DNA of 64,000 bases from Tagaea sp. (GTDB taxonomy: Bacteria > Pseudomonadota > Alphaproteobacteria > CACIAM-22H2). How positions within the stretch are numbered: position 1 is the first letter of the stretch; every line of letters begins with the position of its first letter. The translations under genes were made by a program, and so were the position numbers. Below, piece after piece: positions 44,421 through 53,446 of this stretch. The stretch is from assembly GCA_965279525.1 (NCBI GenBank), contig CBDIIB010000005.1:1407018-1471017 (forward strand). Direction: 5' to 3'. Under the pieces are notes generated by a model, which saw nothing but the letters and a program-made list of their open reading frames with translations, had not been told where the DNA came from and made no database searches.

Positions 44421-45191
44421 ATGACCCAGAAAGCACATGCGAACTACCCGAGCCTTGCCGGCCGGACCGTCTTCGTCACCGGCGGGGGTGGCGGTATCGG
44501 GGCCGCGACCGTCACCGCCTTTGCAGCACAGGGCGCCAAGGTCGGGTTCTGCGACATCCAGCCCGGCCCTTCGAAGGCGCTGGTCGCCGAGATCGCCGCC
44601 CGCGGCCAGACCGCCCATTTCGAGGAATGCGACCTTCGCGACATCGAAGCCTTGCGTCGGGCCGTCGCGGCCGTGCGCGCGAAGTTCGGGCCCGTCACGA
44701 TCCTCGTCAACAACGCGGCCCATGACGACCGGCACGATTTCCTCTCCGTCACGCCCGAATACTGGGACGACCGCATCGCGGTCAACCTGAAGCACGCCTA
44801 TTTCGCCGCCCAGGCCGCAATCCCCGACATGCGCGCGGCGGGCGGCGGCGCCATCGTCAATTTCGGCTCGGTCTCGTGGATGTCCGGCTCTGCCGATCTC
44901 TCGGCCTACGCGACGGCCAAATCGGCCGCGCACGGGCTGACGCGCGTGCTGGCCCGCGAGTTCGGGCCCGACAACATCCGCGTCAACTGCGTGGTGCCGG
45001 GCTGGATCATGACCCAGCGCCAGGTCGAGAAGTGGCTGACGCCGGAAGGCGAGAAGCTGATCGAGGAGCGCCAGTGCCTGAAGCGCAAGCTGGTGCCCGA
45101 CGACATCGCGCGCACGGTGCTGTTCCTGGCCTCCGACGAGGCGGGCGGGATCACCAACCAGTCGCTGATCGTCGATGGCGGCTGGGTCTAG
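44421..45191 (+). CDS. SDR-family oxidoreductase
   Basis: It has the motifs VFVTGGGGGIGAA, NNAA and YATAKSA (YxxxK). Confidence 0.85.
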   Translation: MTQKAHANYPSLAGRTVFVTGGGGGIGAATVTAFAAQGAKVGFCDIQPGPSKALVAEIAARGQTAHFEECDLRDIEALRRAVAAVRAKFGPVTILVNNAAHDDRHDFLSVTPEYWDDRIAVNLKHAYFAAQAAIPDMRAAGGGAIVNFGSVSWMSGSADLSAYATAKSAAHGLTRVLAREFGPDNIRVNCVVPGWIMTQRQVEKWLTPEGEKLIEERQCLKRKLVPDDIARTVLFLASDEAGGITNQSLIVDGGWV

Positions 45192-45974
45192 CTAGCCTGC
45201 CAGCAGACCCAGTGCCGCCGCGTGCGTGCGCCGGTCGCCGGCAGCGATCACGCGCCCGTCGCTCGAAAGATCGAGCCGCCGGCCGCGCCAGTCGGTCATG
45301 ATGCCGCCCGCACCTTCGATGACGGGGGCGACCGCCGCATAGTCGTAGACCTGCAGGCTGGCCTCGATGTCGAGATCGGCGAAGCCTGACGCGACGAGGC
45401 CGTAGGCGTAGCAGTCGCCGCCGTACATCGGCAGCTTGACCTTCTCGCGCACGCGCTCGAAGGCCGGGAAGTGTTCCTTGAACATCAGCGGCGACGAGCA
45501 ATAGAGCGTGGCGAGCTTCAGCTCCGCGCACGCGCGCACCTGCACGTCTTTCGTCGTGCCGTCGCGAAGGCGATGCGTCGTGCGCCGGCCCTTCACGCCC
45601 ACCCAGCGCTCGCCGACCGCCGAGCAGTCGATCACGCCAAGTTCGGGTACGCCGTCGATGGCGAGTGCGACCAGCGTGCCGAACATCGGCCGGCCGGAGA
45701 TGAACGACTTGGTGCCGTCGATCGGGTCGAGCACCCACACGCGGCCCGACGAAGCGCGCTCGCGCCCGAACTCCTCGCCGATGATGCCGTCTTCGGGGCG
45801 CTCGCGCGCGAGCATCTCGCGCATGGCCTGTTCGGCCCCGCGGTCGGCGATCGTCACGGGCGATTCGTCCGCCTTGTCGTCGACGGCGACGGCCGTGCGG
45901 AAATACTGGAGTGCGATCTTGCCGGCCGCGTCGGCAAGCCGGCCGGCAAGTTCGACGTCTGCGTCGGTGACCAT
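45192..45974 (-). CDS. Inositol-monophosphatase-family phosphatase (HisN-like histidinol-phosphatase / bisphosphate nucleotidase)
   Basis: IMPase motifs WVLDPIDGT and GGDCYAYGLVASG are present. Confidence 0.8.
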   Translation of the reverse strand: MVTDADVELAGRLADAAGKIALQYFRTAVAVDDKADESPVTIADRGAEQAMREMLARERPEDGIIGEEFGRERASSGRVWVLDPIDGTKSFISGRPMFGTLVALAIDGVPELGVIDCSAVGERWVGVKGRRTTHRLRDGTTKDVQVRACAELKLATLYCSSPLMFKEHFPAFERVREKVKLPMYGGDCYAYGLVASGFADLDIEASLQVYDYAAVAPVIEGAGGIMTDWRGRRLDLSSDGRVIAAGDRRTHAAALGLLAG

Positions 45975-47583
45975 ACTAACTAGCTCGATGCTTACGGTGG
46001 TTTGTCATGATTAGCAGTGAACCTTCGAATGTATGCTTCATGCGCTTTCGCAAGCAATGCTTAGATTGTGCTTCCCGCAATACTGAGTCATCGCGATCTA
46101 AAATCAACTGGCACCAACTAAAGTTGCGGGAAGGTAATTCGCAACGAGCAACAGGATAGTTAAGGAAACAGCGAGTATAGATAGCCCAACCGCAGACTCA
46201 GTTGCAGCGCTCTTGAGCCTGGATGTTCGCAAAATCCGCTGTCCAGTGTCAGATCGAACAGCTGCCGCAACCTCTTCTAACCAACCGCTGAGATTCCCAA
46301 TCGGTGGCGCAATGAGGTTGGATTTTTGAAATTTGGCGACTGCATCGCCATAAATATTCATTCTATTTAGTGCATGCTGTGCATTAAATGCGCGTTTGCG
46401 GATCCGCGGAGCGATTTCGCGGCGTATCAAACTGGCATCAACTTTATACTTAAGCGCGAGCATCGCTATACTTGGTGGTATGACGGATGAATCTAAGTCG
46501 ACGTCAAGGAGCCACGATACCGCCTCTTCAGGCTTTTCGTTGAGTAGCGCTGAGAGGAACCGTAGTATTTCATCGGTAAGTATAACTTCATCCGAATCGA
46601 CTGCGGACAATTCAATATCCCGGTAGTAGCGTGCCGACGGGATCTCAGATCCCACCTGAAACCTTTTCGACATTTCTGCACTATCAATTAGTCCGCGCAG
46701 AGCAGACCAAAATAGATCAGAAACACCTAACTTTATTTGCCTTGGCTCTTCTGATCTAGCAGTGTTGATGCCTTGGAGCGCTATTGCAATTCCTGCAATG
46801 AACGAAATCACCCCAGCAATAAACGTTAAGAACTTTGCCGGAAGCAGCACCGCTTCGGAAAGACCGATACGAGATGCAACAAGTGTGAATAGTGTTTTTT
46901 CGGTAGCAGCAACATCTGGGTAGGCAACCAAAGGCCAAGATATCCCCTCAATTCGTGCCGTAATCGATATCGTTCTTACGTCGATTCTTCCAGCAGCCAG
47001 AATTAAAAATGAAATCGAGTCATTCGAGTTTAGAAGGTTATGGGCAACTTCGATGCTCTTCTCATCATACTTCAATGAAGCGTCTAACCTTGGAGGATTG
47101 GTGCCAACTAGCTCCGCTTTAACAATGCGACCAGTCGAAAATTCTAACTTAACTGGCGCCTCGATTTCATTTTTACGGATTGATGATTTTCCGGTGTTTC
47201 TTAGGACAATATTGATTTGCGTCGGATCTTGGACGGGCTGCCCCAGATATCGAATCTCGATGTCAGCAGGCCGCGAAATCGCCGATGCCAAAAGGGACTG
47301 AGCTTGACTGATCTCGATAGTGATTTGCCGATTGGCGCTAAACTGATCTGCGACGTAGATATAAGCAGAGAAAATTAAAGTTAAAATTCCAGCCCATGCA
47401 CCTAACTTCTCAATCGACCGCTTGTCTATCGAGCTCCTGCCGGGTGCTGTTCCATTTTCGTCGGCCATCGATCACCGAGAAATTCTTATAGTTGTAACGT
47501 TATACTACAAAGTATTGAATGAAAATAGATATCGCCATTTCAAACCAAACCCGAAGAAATTATTTGATCGCAAAATTATCGAC
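45975..47583. other. Compositionally anomalous AT-rich island of about 1.6 kb, inserted between the hisN-like and hbd genes, carrying one orphan gene
   Basis: There is an abrupt drop in GC relative to both flanks, with AT-rich intergenic arms on both sides (46000-46100 and 47470-47580). No integrase or repeats were seen. Confidence 0.7.
46104..47468 (-). CDS. Orphan hypothetical membrane protein (3 predicted TM helices), low-GC, likely horizontally acquired
   Basis: The 454-aa ORF fills the island, and its codon usage is AT-rich unlike its neighbours. TM segments are near residues 22-43, 208-232 and 428-448. No known domain was recognised. Confidence 0.65.
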   Translation of the reverse strand: MADENGTAPGRSSIDKRSIEKLGAWAGILTLIFSAYIYVADQFSANRQITIEISQAQSLLASAISRPADIEIRYLGQPVQDPTQINIVLRNTGKSSIRKNEIEAPVKLEFSTGRIVKAELVGTNPPRLDASLKYDEKSIEVAHNLLNSNDSISFLILAAGRIDVRTISITARIEGISWPLVAYPDVAATEKTLFTLVASRIGLSEAVLLPAKFLTFIAGVISFIAGIAIALQGINTARSEEPRQIKLGVSDLFWSALRGLIDSAEMSKRFQVGSEIPSARYYRDIELSAVDSDEVILTDEILRFLSALLNEKPEEAVSWLLDVDLDSSVIPPSIAMLALKYKVDASLIRREIAPRIRKRAFNAQHALNRMNIYGDAVAKFQKSNLIAPPIGNLSGWLEEVAAAVRSDTGQRILRTSRLKSAATESAVGLSILAVSLTILLLVANYLPATLVGAS

Positions 47584-48456
47584 CTAGCGCGTTGGGACGG
47601 GCTTGGGCCCCGAATAGTCGTAGAAGCCGCGCTTGGTCTTGCGGCCGAGCCACCCGGCCTCGACATACTTCACCAGCAGCGGGCAGGGGCGGTACTTCGA
47701 ATCCGAAAGCCCGTCGTACAGCACATGCATGACGGCAAGGCAGGTATCCAGACCAATGAAGTCGGCAAGTTCGAGCGGGCCCATCGGATGGTTGGTGCCT
47801 AGCTTCATCGCCGTGTCGATCGATTCGACCGAACCCACGCCTTCGTACAGCGTGTAGACGGCCTCGTTGATCATCGGCAGCAGGATGCGGTTGACGATGA
47901 AGGCCGGGAAATCCTCGGCCGTGGCCGACGTCTTGCCGAGCTTGGCGGTCAGTTCCTTGACCTGCTCGTAGGTCTCGTTCGACGTGGCGATGCCGCGGAT
48001 CAGCTCGACCAGCTGCATGATTGGCACGGGGTTCATGAAGTGCATGCCCATGAACTGCGCGGGCCGGTCGGTGGAAGCACCCAGGCGCGTGATCGAGATC
48101 GAAGATGTATTGGAAGCTAGCAGCGCACTCTTCTTCAGGTGCGGGCAGAGCTTCTTGAAGATCTCGCGCTTGACCGCTTCGTTCTCGGTCGCCGCCTCGA
48201 TGACGAGGTCGGCATCGGAGAAGAGCGAGAAGTCGGTGCCTGTGGCGATATGCGCGAGCGCCGCGTCCTTCGCGGCCTGGGTCATGGCCCCCTTCTTGAT
48301 CTGGCGGTCCATGTTGCCGCCGATCGTCGCCAGCGCCTTGGGCAGCGCTTCGGGGTTGGCGTCGGCCAGCCGCACGTCGAAGCCGTTCATGGCGCAGACA
48401 TGGGCGATGCCGTTGCCCATCTGGCCCGCGCCGATCACACCGATCTTCTGGATCAT
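47584..48456 (-). CDS. hbd: 3-hydroxybutyryl-CoA dehydrogenase
   Basis: IGVIGAGQMGNGIAHV is an NAD Rossmann motif, and the 3HCDH N- and C-domains are present. Confidence 0.9.
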   Translation of the reverse strand: MIQKIGVIGAGQMGNGIAHVCAMNGFDVRLADANPEALPKALATIGGNMDRQIKKGAMTQAAKDAALAHIATGTDFSLFSDADLVIEAATENEAVKREIFKKLCPHLKKSALLASNTSSISITRLGASTDRPAQFMGMHFMNPVPIMQLVELIRGIATSNETYEQVKELTAKLGKTSATAEDFPAFIVNRILLPMINEAVYTLYEGVGSVESIDTAMKLGTNHPMGPLELADFIGLDTCLAVMHVLYDGLSDSKYRPCPLLVKYVEAGWLGRKTKRGFYDYSGPKPVPTR

Positions 48457-48478
48457 CTTGTTCCCCTGAAAAGTCGAA

Positions 48479-49420
48479 CTATTTGCGCGCCGGCAAGGCG
48501 GCCGTCAGCTCGGGCACGAGCTTGAAGAGATCGCCCACCACGCCGTAGTCGGCGATCTGGAAGATGGGCGCTTCCTCGTCCTTGTTGACCGCGACGATGA
48601 CCTTCGAGCCCGACATGCCGGCCAGATGCTGGATGGCGCCCGAAATGCCGATCGCCACGTAAAGATCCGGTGCAACTACCTTGCCGGTCTGGCCGACCTG
48701 GTAGTCGTTGGGCGCGAAGCCGGCATCCACGGCCGCGCGGCTGGCACCCACGGCGGCCCCCAGCTTGTCGGCGAGCGGCTCGAGATACGTCTTGAAGTTC
48801 TCGCCCGACGCCATGCCGCGTCCGCCCGAGACGACGATCTTGGCAGCCGTCAGTTCCGGGCGTTCGGACTTCGACAGTTCCTGCTTCACGAACTTCGTGA
48901 GGCCGCTTTCGGCGGCGCCCGCAGCCGCCTCGACCGGGGCCGAACCGCCGAGGGATGCGGCCGGGAACGCGGTCACGCGCACCGTGATGATCTTGATCGT
49001 GTCCTTGGACTGGACGGTCGCGAGTGCGTTGCCGGCATAGATCGGGCGCACGAAGGTGTCCGAACTCTCGACCGCGATGATGTCGGAGACCTGCATCACG
49101 TCGAGCAGGGCGGCCACGCGCGGCATCAGGTTCTTGCCCTGCGTCGTCGCGGCCATCAGCAGGTGCGTGCGGCCGGCGGCGAGCTTGACCAGCAGCGGCG
49201 CCATGTTTTCGGGCAGCGAATTGGCGAGCGACGCGTCGTCGGCATGCAGCACCTTGCCGATGCCGGCGATCTTCGCGGCTTGCTCGGCTACGGCGGAAGC
49301 ACCGGAACCGGCGACGAGCACGTCGACCGGCACGCCGAGTTTCAGGGCCGCGGAAACCGCGTTGAGCGTGGAGGGGCGCAGGGCCGAACCGTCATGCTCG
49401 GCGATCACGAGAGCGGACAT
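48479..49420 (-). CDS. etfA: Electron transfer flavoprotein subunit alpha
   Basis: The FAD-binding C-terminal domain ([15 protein letters not shown]) is present. Confidence 0.9.
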   Translation of the reverse strand: MSALVIAEHDGSALRPSTLNAVSAALKLGVPVDVLVAGSGASAVAEQAAKIAGIGKVLHADDASLANSLPENMAPLLVKLAAGRTHLLMAATTQGKNLMPRVAALLDVMQVSDIIAVESSDTFVRPIYAGNALATVQSKDTIKIITVRVTAFPAASLGGSAPVEAAAGAAESGLTKFVKQELSKSERPELTAAKIVVSGGRGMASGENFKTYLEPLADKLGAAVGASRAAVDAGFAPNDYQVGQTGKVVAPDLYVAIGISGAIQHLAGMSGSKVIVAVNKDEEAPIFQIADYGVVGDLFKLVPELTAALPARK

Positions 49421-49421
49421 G

Positions 49422-50171
49422 TCAGATCACCTTCGCTTCGGTCTGCAGCTTCGTCACCAGCGTTGCGATGTCTGGCAGCTTGACGCCGCCGGCGCGCTTG
49501 GGCGGTTCCTCGACCTTGAGCGTGACGAGGCGGGGGGCGACGTCGACGCCGAGCGCATCGGGCGTCACCGTCTCGATCGGTTTCTTCTTCGCCTTCATGA
49601 TGTTGGGAAGGCTCGCGTAGCGCGGCTCGTTGAGGCGCAGGTCGGTCGTGACGACCGCCGGCAGCTTCGTGGAAATCGTCTCGAGGCCGCCGTCGACCTC
49701 GCGCACCACTTCCATTGTGTCGCCGGCGGGCGAGATCTTCGACGCGAACGTGCCCTGCGGCCAGCCCAGCAACGCGGCCAGCATCTGGCCCGTCTGGTTG
49801 CAGTCGTCGTCGATCGCCTGCTTGCCGAGGATGACGAGCCCGGGCTGCTCCTTGTCGACCAGCGCCTTCAGGCACTTGGCCACCGCGAGCGGTTGGAGTT
49901 CGCCGTCGCTCTGCACGAGGATGCCGCGGTCGGCCCCCATAGCGAGGGCGGTGCGCAGCGTCTCCTGGCACTGGGCAACACCCAGCGAGACCGCGACCAC
50001 TTCGGTCGCAATGCCCTTTTCCTTCAGGCGGACGGCTTCCTCGATCCCGATCTCGTCGAACGGGTTCATCGACATCTTGACGTTGGCGAGCTCGACGCCC
50101 GACTTGTCGGCCTTCACGCGGATCTTGACGTTGTAGTCGACAACCCGCTTGACCGCGACCAGCACTTTCAT
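49422..50171 (-). CDS. etfB: Electron transfer flavoprotein subunit beta
   Basis: [19 protein letters not shown] is a canonical EtfB N-terminus. The start is at the internal Met of ORF 49422-50186. Confidence 0.9.
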   Translation of the reverse strand: MKVLVAVKRVVDYNVKIRVKADKSGVELANVKMSMNPFDEIGIEEAVRLKEKGIATEVVAVSLGVAQCQETLRTALAMGADRGILVQSDGELQPLAVAKCLKALVDKEQPGLVILGKQAIDDDCNQTGQMLAALLGWPQGTFASKISPAGDTMEVVREVDGGLETISTKLPAVVTTDLRLNEPRYASLPNIMKAKKKPIETVTPDALGVDVAPRLVTLKVEEPPKRAGGVKLPDIATLVTKLQTEAKVI

Positions 50172-50255
50172 CTCGGAAATCCGCACCTTTCGAATGACGG
50201 CAGAAGGTGCCGGACAATAGGTGCTGGGCCGCTTTGCGTCAACGTGCCGGGCGGC

Positions 50256-50822
50256 TCAGGTGCGGTTCTTGCCGGGCACCCACAGCACGTCGCCCGCCCC
50301 GTCGCCGTTGGCATGGCGCGAGAGCACAAACAGATGGTCCGACAGGCGGTTGATGTAGCGGATCGCGGCGGGGTTGACTGTCTCGGTCGTGGCCAGGCGC
50401 ACGATCTCGCGCTCGGCACGCCGCGCCACGGTGCGCGCCAGATGCAGGTGGGTGGCGACGGCAGAGCCGCCGGGCAGGATGAAGGAGTCGAGCGGGGCGA
50501 GCTTCGCGTTCATCGCGTCGATCTCGCGCTCGAGACGCTCGACTTGCGCCTCGCTGACGCGCAGCGGCGGATATTTGGGATCGGCCACCTCGGGCGTGCA
50601 CAGGTCCGCCCCAAGGTCGAACAGGTCGTTCTGGATCGCAGCCAGCATCGCATCGATGCCGCCTTGCGCATGCAGGCGCGCGATGCCGATGCAGGCGTTG
50701 GCTTCGTCGACCGTGCCGTAGGCCGCCACGCGCGCGTCGAACTTCGGCACGCGCGTGCCGTCGCCAAGCGACGTCTGACCGGTGTCGCCGCCCTTGGTGT
50801 AGATGCGCGTGAGCTTAACCAT
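50256..50822 (-). CDS. ATP:cob(I)alamin adenosyltransferase, PduO type
   Basis: IYTKGGDTGQTSL is a canonical PduO N-terminal motif, and the protein is 188 aa. Confidence 0.85.
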   Translation of the reverse strand: MVKLTRIYTKGGDTGQTSLGDGTRVPKFDARVAAYGTVDEANACIGIARLHAQGGIDAMLAAIQNDLFDLGADLCTPEVADPKYPPLRVSEAQVERLEREIDAMNAKLAPLDSFILPGGSAVATHLHLARTVARRAEREIVRLATTETVNPAAIRYINRLSDHLFVLSRHANGDGAGDVLWVPGKNRT

Positions 50823-51033
50823 GGGTGTTGCGCAGCCAGGCGTAGAGGGCGAGCAGCGCCAGCGCCAATGCCTGCAGCCCCACGCGCCAGCGCATCATGC
50901 GGTTGCCGTGGCGGCGGTTGAAATCGCCGCCCTGCGCCACGCCGCCAAGGCCGGTGAACAGCGAGGCGACCACGCCAAGCACGACGAGGCCGATCACGTA
51001 GGGCAGGACCTTGAGGACGATCTCCATCGCCAA
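50815..51033 (-). CDS. Twin-transmembrane-helix small protein
   Basis: The 72-aa protein has two hydrophobic helices with an Arg-rich linker. Confidence 0.5.
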   Translation of the reverse strand: MAMEIVLKVLPYVIGLVVLGVVASLFTGLGGVAQGGDFNRRHGNRMMRWRVGLQALALALLALYAWLRNTHG

Positions 51034-51060
51034 TTACCTAGTGCGCGCCGGGCGCCGCGT

Positions 51061-51330
51061 CTAGCGCCGCTTGAAGCGGAAGTCGCCGCGCGCGTCCTCG
51101 AGCTCGCCCAGCAGGGCAAGCAGGGCCTTGAATTTGGGGCCGATCGCGGCACCGGCCTTTGCCGCACCCCGCCAGACGATCTCGAACGGGCCGGGCACGT
51201 CGCGCAGCAGCACGTCCCACAGTGCATCGAGATTGGACGAGAAATAAGCAGGGAACGCGAGGTCGGCAGCGAGCTTCGCGTAGACCTTCTCCATGCTGTC
51301 GTGGGTCTCGTCGAGCCGGGCGCGCTTCAT
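51061..51330 (-). CDS. Barstar (barnase inhibitor / immunity protein)
   Basis: LAFPAYFSSNLDALWDVLLRDVPGPFEIVW aligns to barstar [30 protein letters not shown]. Confidence 0.8.
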   Translation of the reverse strand: MKRARLDETHDSMEKVYAKLAADLAFPAYFSSNLDALWDVLLRDVPGPFEIVWRGAAKAGAAIGPKFKALLALLGELEDARGDFRFKRR

Positions 51331-51764
51331 CGCGGAACCTCGCGGAATGTGGCGTAGTGATCGACCGTGACATAGACAAGCCGGTCGCTGGAGAAGACGA
51401 GACGCCTGGCATTGCGCCGCCCGCAGTCGAAATCGAGATCAGCCTCGGTCCAGCGCCGGCCGGGCGCTGCCGGCAGGCGACCTTCGCGGTTGGAGAAGCG
51501 GTCGCCGCCGATGGCGCGGCCGTCCGCGACGCGGCACAGATCGTCGCCCGGCCGCCAGCCCAGCTTCGCGGCCGCGTTCTTGTCGATGTAGCGGGTGGCC
51601 GGAAGGCGGCCGGTCTCGCGCACGCTGCGAACCGTCTCGACGAAGCCGTCCACGTCGGAAAGCCGCATCTCGCGCGCGAAACGCCGCCAGTCGGCCTCGC
51701 CGGCCGATGCCGGCAGCGCCAACGCGACAAGTGCGGCGACGAGGACGGCGAGAAAGCGGCGCAT
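51327..51764 (-). CDS. Secreted ribonuclease, barnase / microbial RNase N1-T1 family
   Basis: A signal peptide is followed by the motif GGDRFSNREGRLP ... GRRWTEADLDF ... FSSDRLVYVTVDHYATFREV, which matches the barnase catalytic core (GGDIFSNREGKLP ... RTWREADINY ... YSSDWLIYKTTDHYQTF). It overlaps the barstar start as ATGA. Confidence 0.8.
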   Translation of the reverse strand: MRRFLAVLVAALVALALPASAGEADWRRFAREMRLSDVDGFVETVRSVRETGRLPATRYIDKNAAAKLGWRPGDDLCRVADGRAIGGDRFSNREGRLPAAPGRRWTEADLDFDCGRRNARRLVFSSDRLVYVTVDHYATFREVPR

Positions 51765-51765
51765 C

Positions 51766-53397
51766 TCAGTTCCGCTTCTCCAAGAGGCCGCGCACGATCA
51801 CCTGCGCCTGGATCTCGGCCGCCCCTTCGAAGATGTTGAGGATGCGCGCGTCGGCGAGCAGGCGCGAGGCGGCGTATTCCTCGGCATAGCCGTTGCCGCC
51901 GTGGATCTGCACGCAGTCGTCGGCGGCGGTCCAGGCCGCGCGCGCGGCGACGAGCTTGGCCATCCCGGCTTCCACGTCGCAGCGCTTGCCTTCGTCCTTG
52001 GCGCGCGCGGCGGCCCGGGTCAGCACGCGCGCGATCGTCGTCTCGACCGCCATCATCGCGATCTTGGCATGCACGCGCGGGAAGGCGACGATGGCCTTGC
52101 CGAACTGCTTGCGCTGGCGCGCGTAAGATAACGCTTCGAGCGTGGCGGCTTCCGCCACGCCCACGGCGCGCGCGGCCGTCTGGATGCGCGCGGATTCGAA
52201 CGTCGCCATCAGCTGGCGGAAGCCTTCGCCCTCGGTCCCGCCGAGCAGGCCGTCTGCCGGTACGGCGAATCCGTCGAAGGCAAGCTCGTATTCCTTCATG
52301 CCGCGATAGCCGAGCGTGCGGATCTCGCTGCCCGTCAGGCCCGCGACGGGGAAGGGATCGGTATCGGTGCCACGGGGCTTGGGTGCCAGGAACATCGAAA
52401 GCCCGCGATGGTCCTTCGATGCCGGATCAGTGCGTGCCAGCACGGTCATCAGGTCGGCGCGTGCGGCATGCGTGATCCAGGTCTTGGCACCCGTGATGCG
52501 CCACACGGCCCCGTCGCGCACCGCGCGCGTGCGAATCGAGCCGAGATCGGAACCGGTATCCGGCTCGGTGAACACGGCCGTGGGCAGGCACGAGCCGTCG
52601 GCGATCTTCGGCAGCCAGTGCGCGCGCTGCGAATCCGTGCCGCCCAGCCGCACCAGTTCGCTGGCGATCTCCGAGCGCGTGGCAAGCGAACCGGTGGCGA
52701 GGTGGGCGCGCGACAGCTCCTCGCTCGTCGTGCACATCGCGATCTTGCCCAGCCCCGATCCGCCGTACTCTTCGGGCACGCACAGGCCGAACACGCCCAG
52801 CTCCGCCAATCCTTCGACGACCGACAGCGGGATGATCGCGTCGTCGCGGTGCCAGGCTTGGGCAAACGGATCGATCTTCGCCGCGGCGAAGCGCCGCAGC
52901 TGGCTGCGCATCTCGGCCAGTGTTTCGTCCGCTTCGTCGGCATCCGGTGCGATCGAACCGTCGAGAAGGGCGACAAGTGCCGCGCGCGCCGCGGCAAGAT
53001 CGTCGCCGGCCAGGAACGAGGCGACCGCCGGGTCGGCGGCAAGTGCAGCCGCCTCGGCGGCGAGGCCCATTTCGGCGGGGCGCAGCGTCTCGTTCTGCGC
53101 CAGCGGCAGGCCGAAGGCGAGGCGGGCGAGATATTCGCCGAATCCCAGCCGAAGGATCGCAGGCACGCGCGCGTCGCTGCGGCCCTGGCCGGCAAGCGTG
53201 TCGGCCCACCGCGCCAGGCCGTCGAGGGCGGCCACGCTCGCGGCAAGCCACGCGAAGCCGTGTGCCGCACTCTGGTGGGTTTCCAGTATTGCCGGATCGA
53301 CCCGGCCGTCGCGCACGAGCAGGTGCACGAACCGCGCGCGGGCGGCGGATTCGTAGCGGCGGGCGGCGGCAAGCGCCTCTTCGGTGCGGCGATCCAT
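51766..53397 (-). CDS. Acyl-CoA dehydrogenase (long form with N-terminal extension)
   Basis: ACAD middle and C-terminal domains are present (TEPDTGSDLGSIRTRA ... QIHGGNGYAEEY). Confidence 0.85.
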   Translation of the reverse strand: MDRRTEEALAAARRYESAARARFVHLLVRDGRVDPAILETHQSAAHGFAWLAASVAALDGLARWADTLAGQGRSDARVPAILRLGFGEYLARLAFGLPLAQNETLRPAEMGLAAEAAALAADPAVASFLAGDDLAAARAALVALLDGSIAPDADEADETLAEMRSQLRRFAAAKIDPFAQAWHRDDAIIPLSVVEGLAELGVFGLCVPEEYGGSGLGKIAMCTTSEELSRAHLATGSLATRSEIASELVRLGGTDSQRAHWLPKIADGSCLPTAVFTEPDTGSDLGSIRTRAVRDGAVWRITGAKTWITHAARADLMTVLARTDPASKDHRGLSMFLAPKPRGTDTDPFPVAGLTGSEIRTLGYRGMKEYELAFDGFAVPADGLLGGTEGEGFRQLMATFESARIQTAARAVGVAEAATLEALSYARQRKQFGKAIVAFPRVHAKIAMMAVETTIARVLTRAAARAKDEGKRCDVEAGMAKLVAARAAWTAADDCVQIHGGNGYAEEYAASRLLADARILNIFEGAAEIQAQVIVRGLLEKRN

Positions 53398-53446
53398 GCG
53401 CGCATGCTATAGAGCGTTTTCGCGTTCCACCACAAGCGGACCCGCC

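Noticed and set aside
42453-44933. An 826-aa extended form of the YejA-like binding protein.
   Set aside because: The N-terminal 210 aa are Gly/Arg/Asp-rich with no signal peptide. A TTG start with a GGGAG RBS gives a canonical signal peptide, so the gene was trimmed to 42453-44294.
41358-45191. A 1277-aa plus-strand ORF spanning the yejB/yejA region and the SDR gene.
   Set aside because: Only its last 256 aa (44421-45191) have a real protein signature (SDR). The remainder runs antisense to the yejB and yejA genes with biased Arg/Asp/Gly composition.
46396-46687. Small ORFs inside the AT-rich island, on both strands.
   Set aside because: They are nested within or antisense to the 454-aa island gene and are too short and low-complexity to support.
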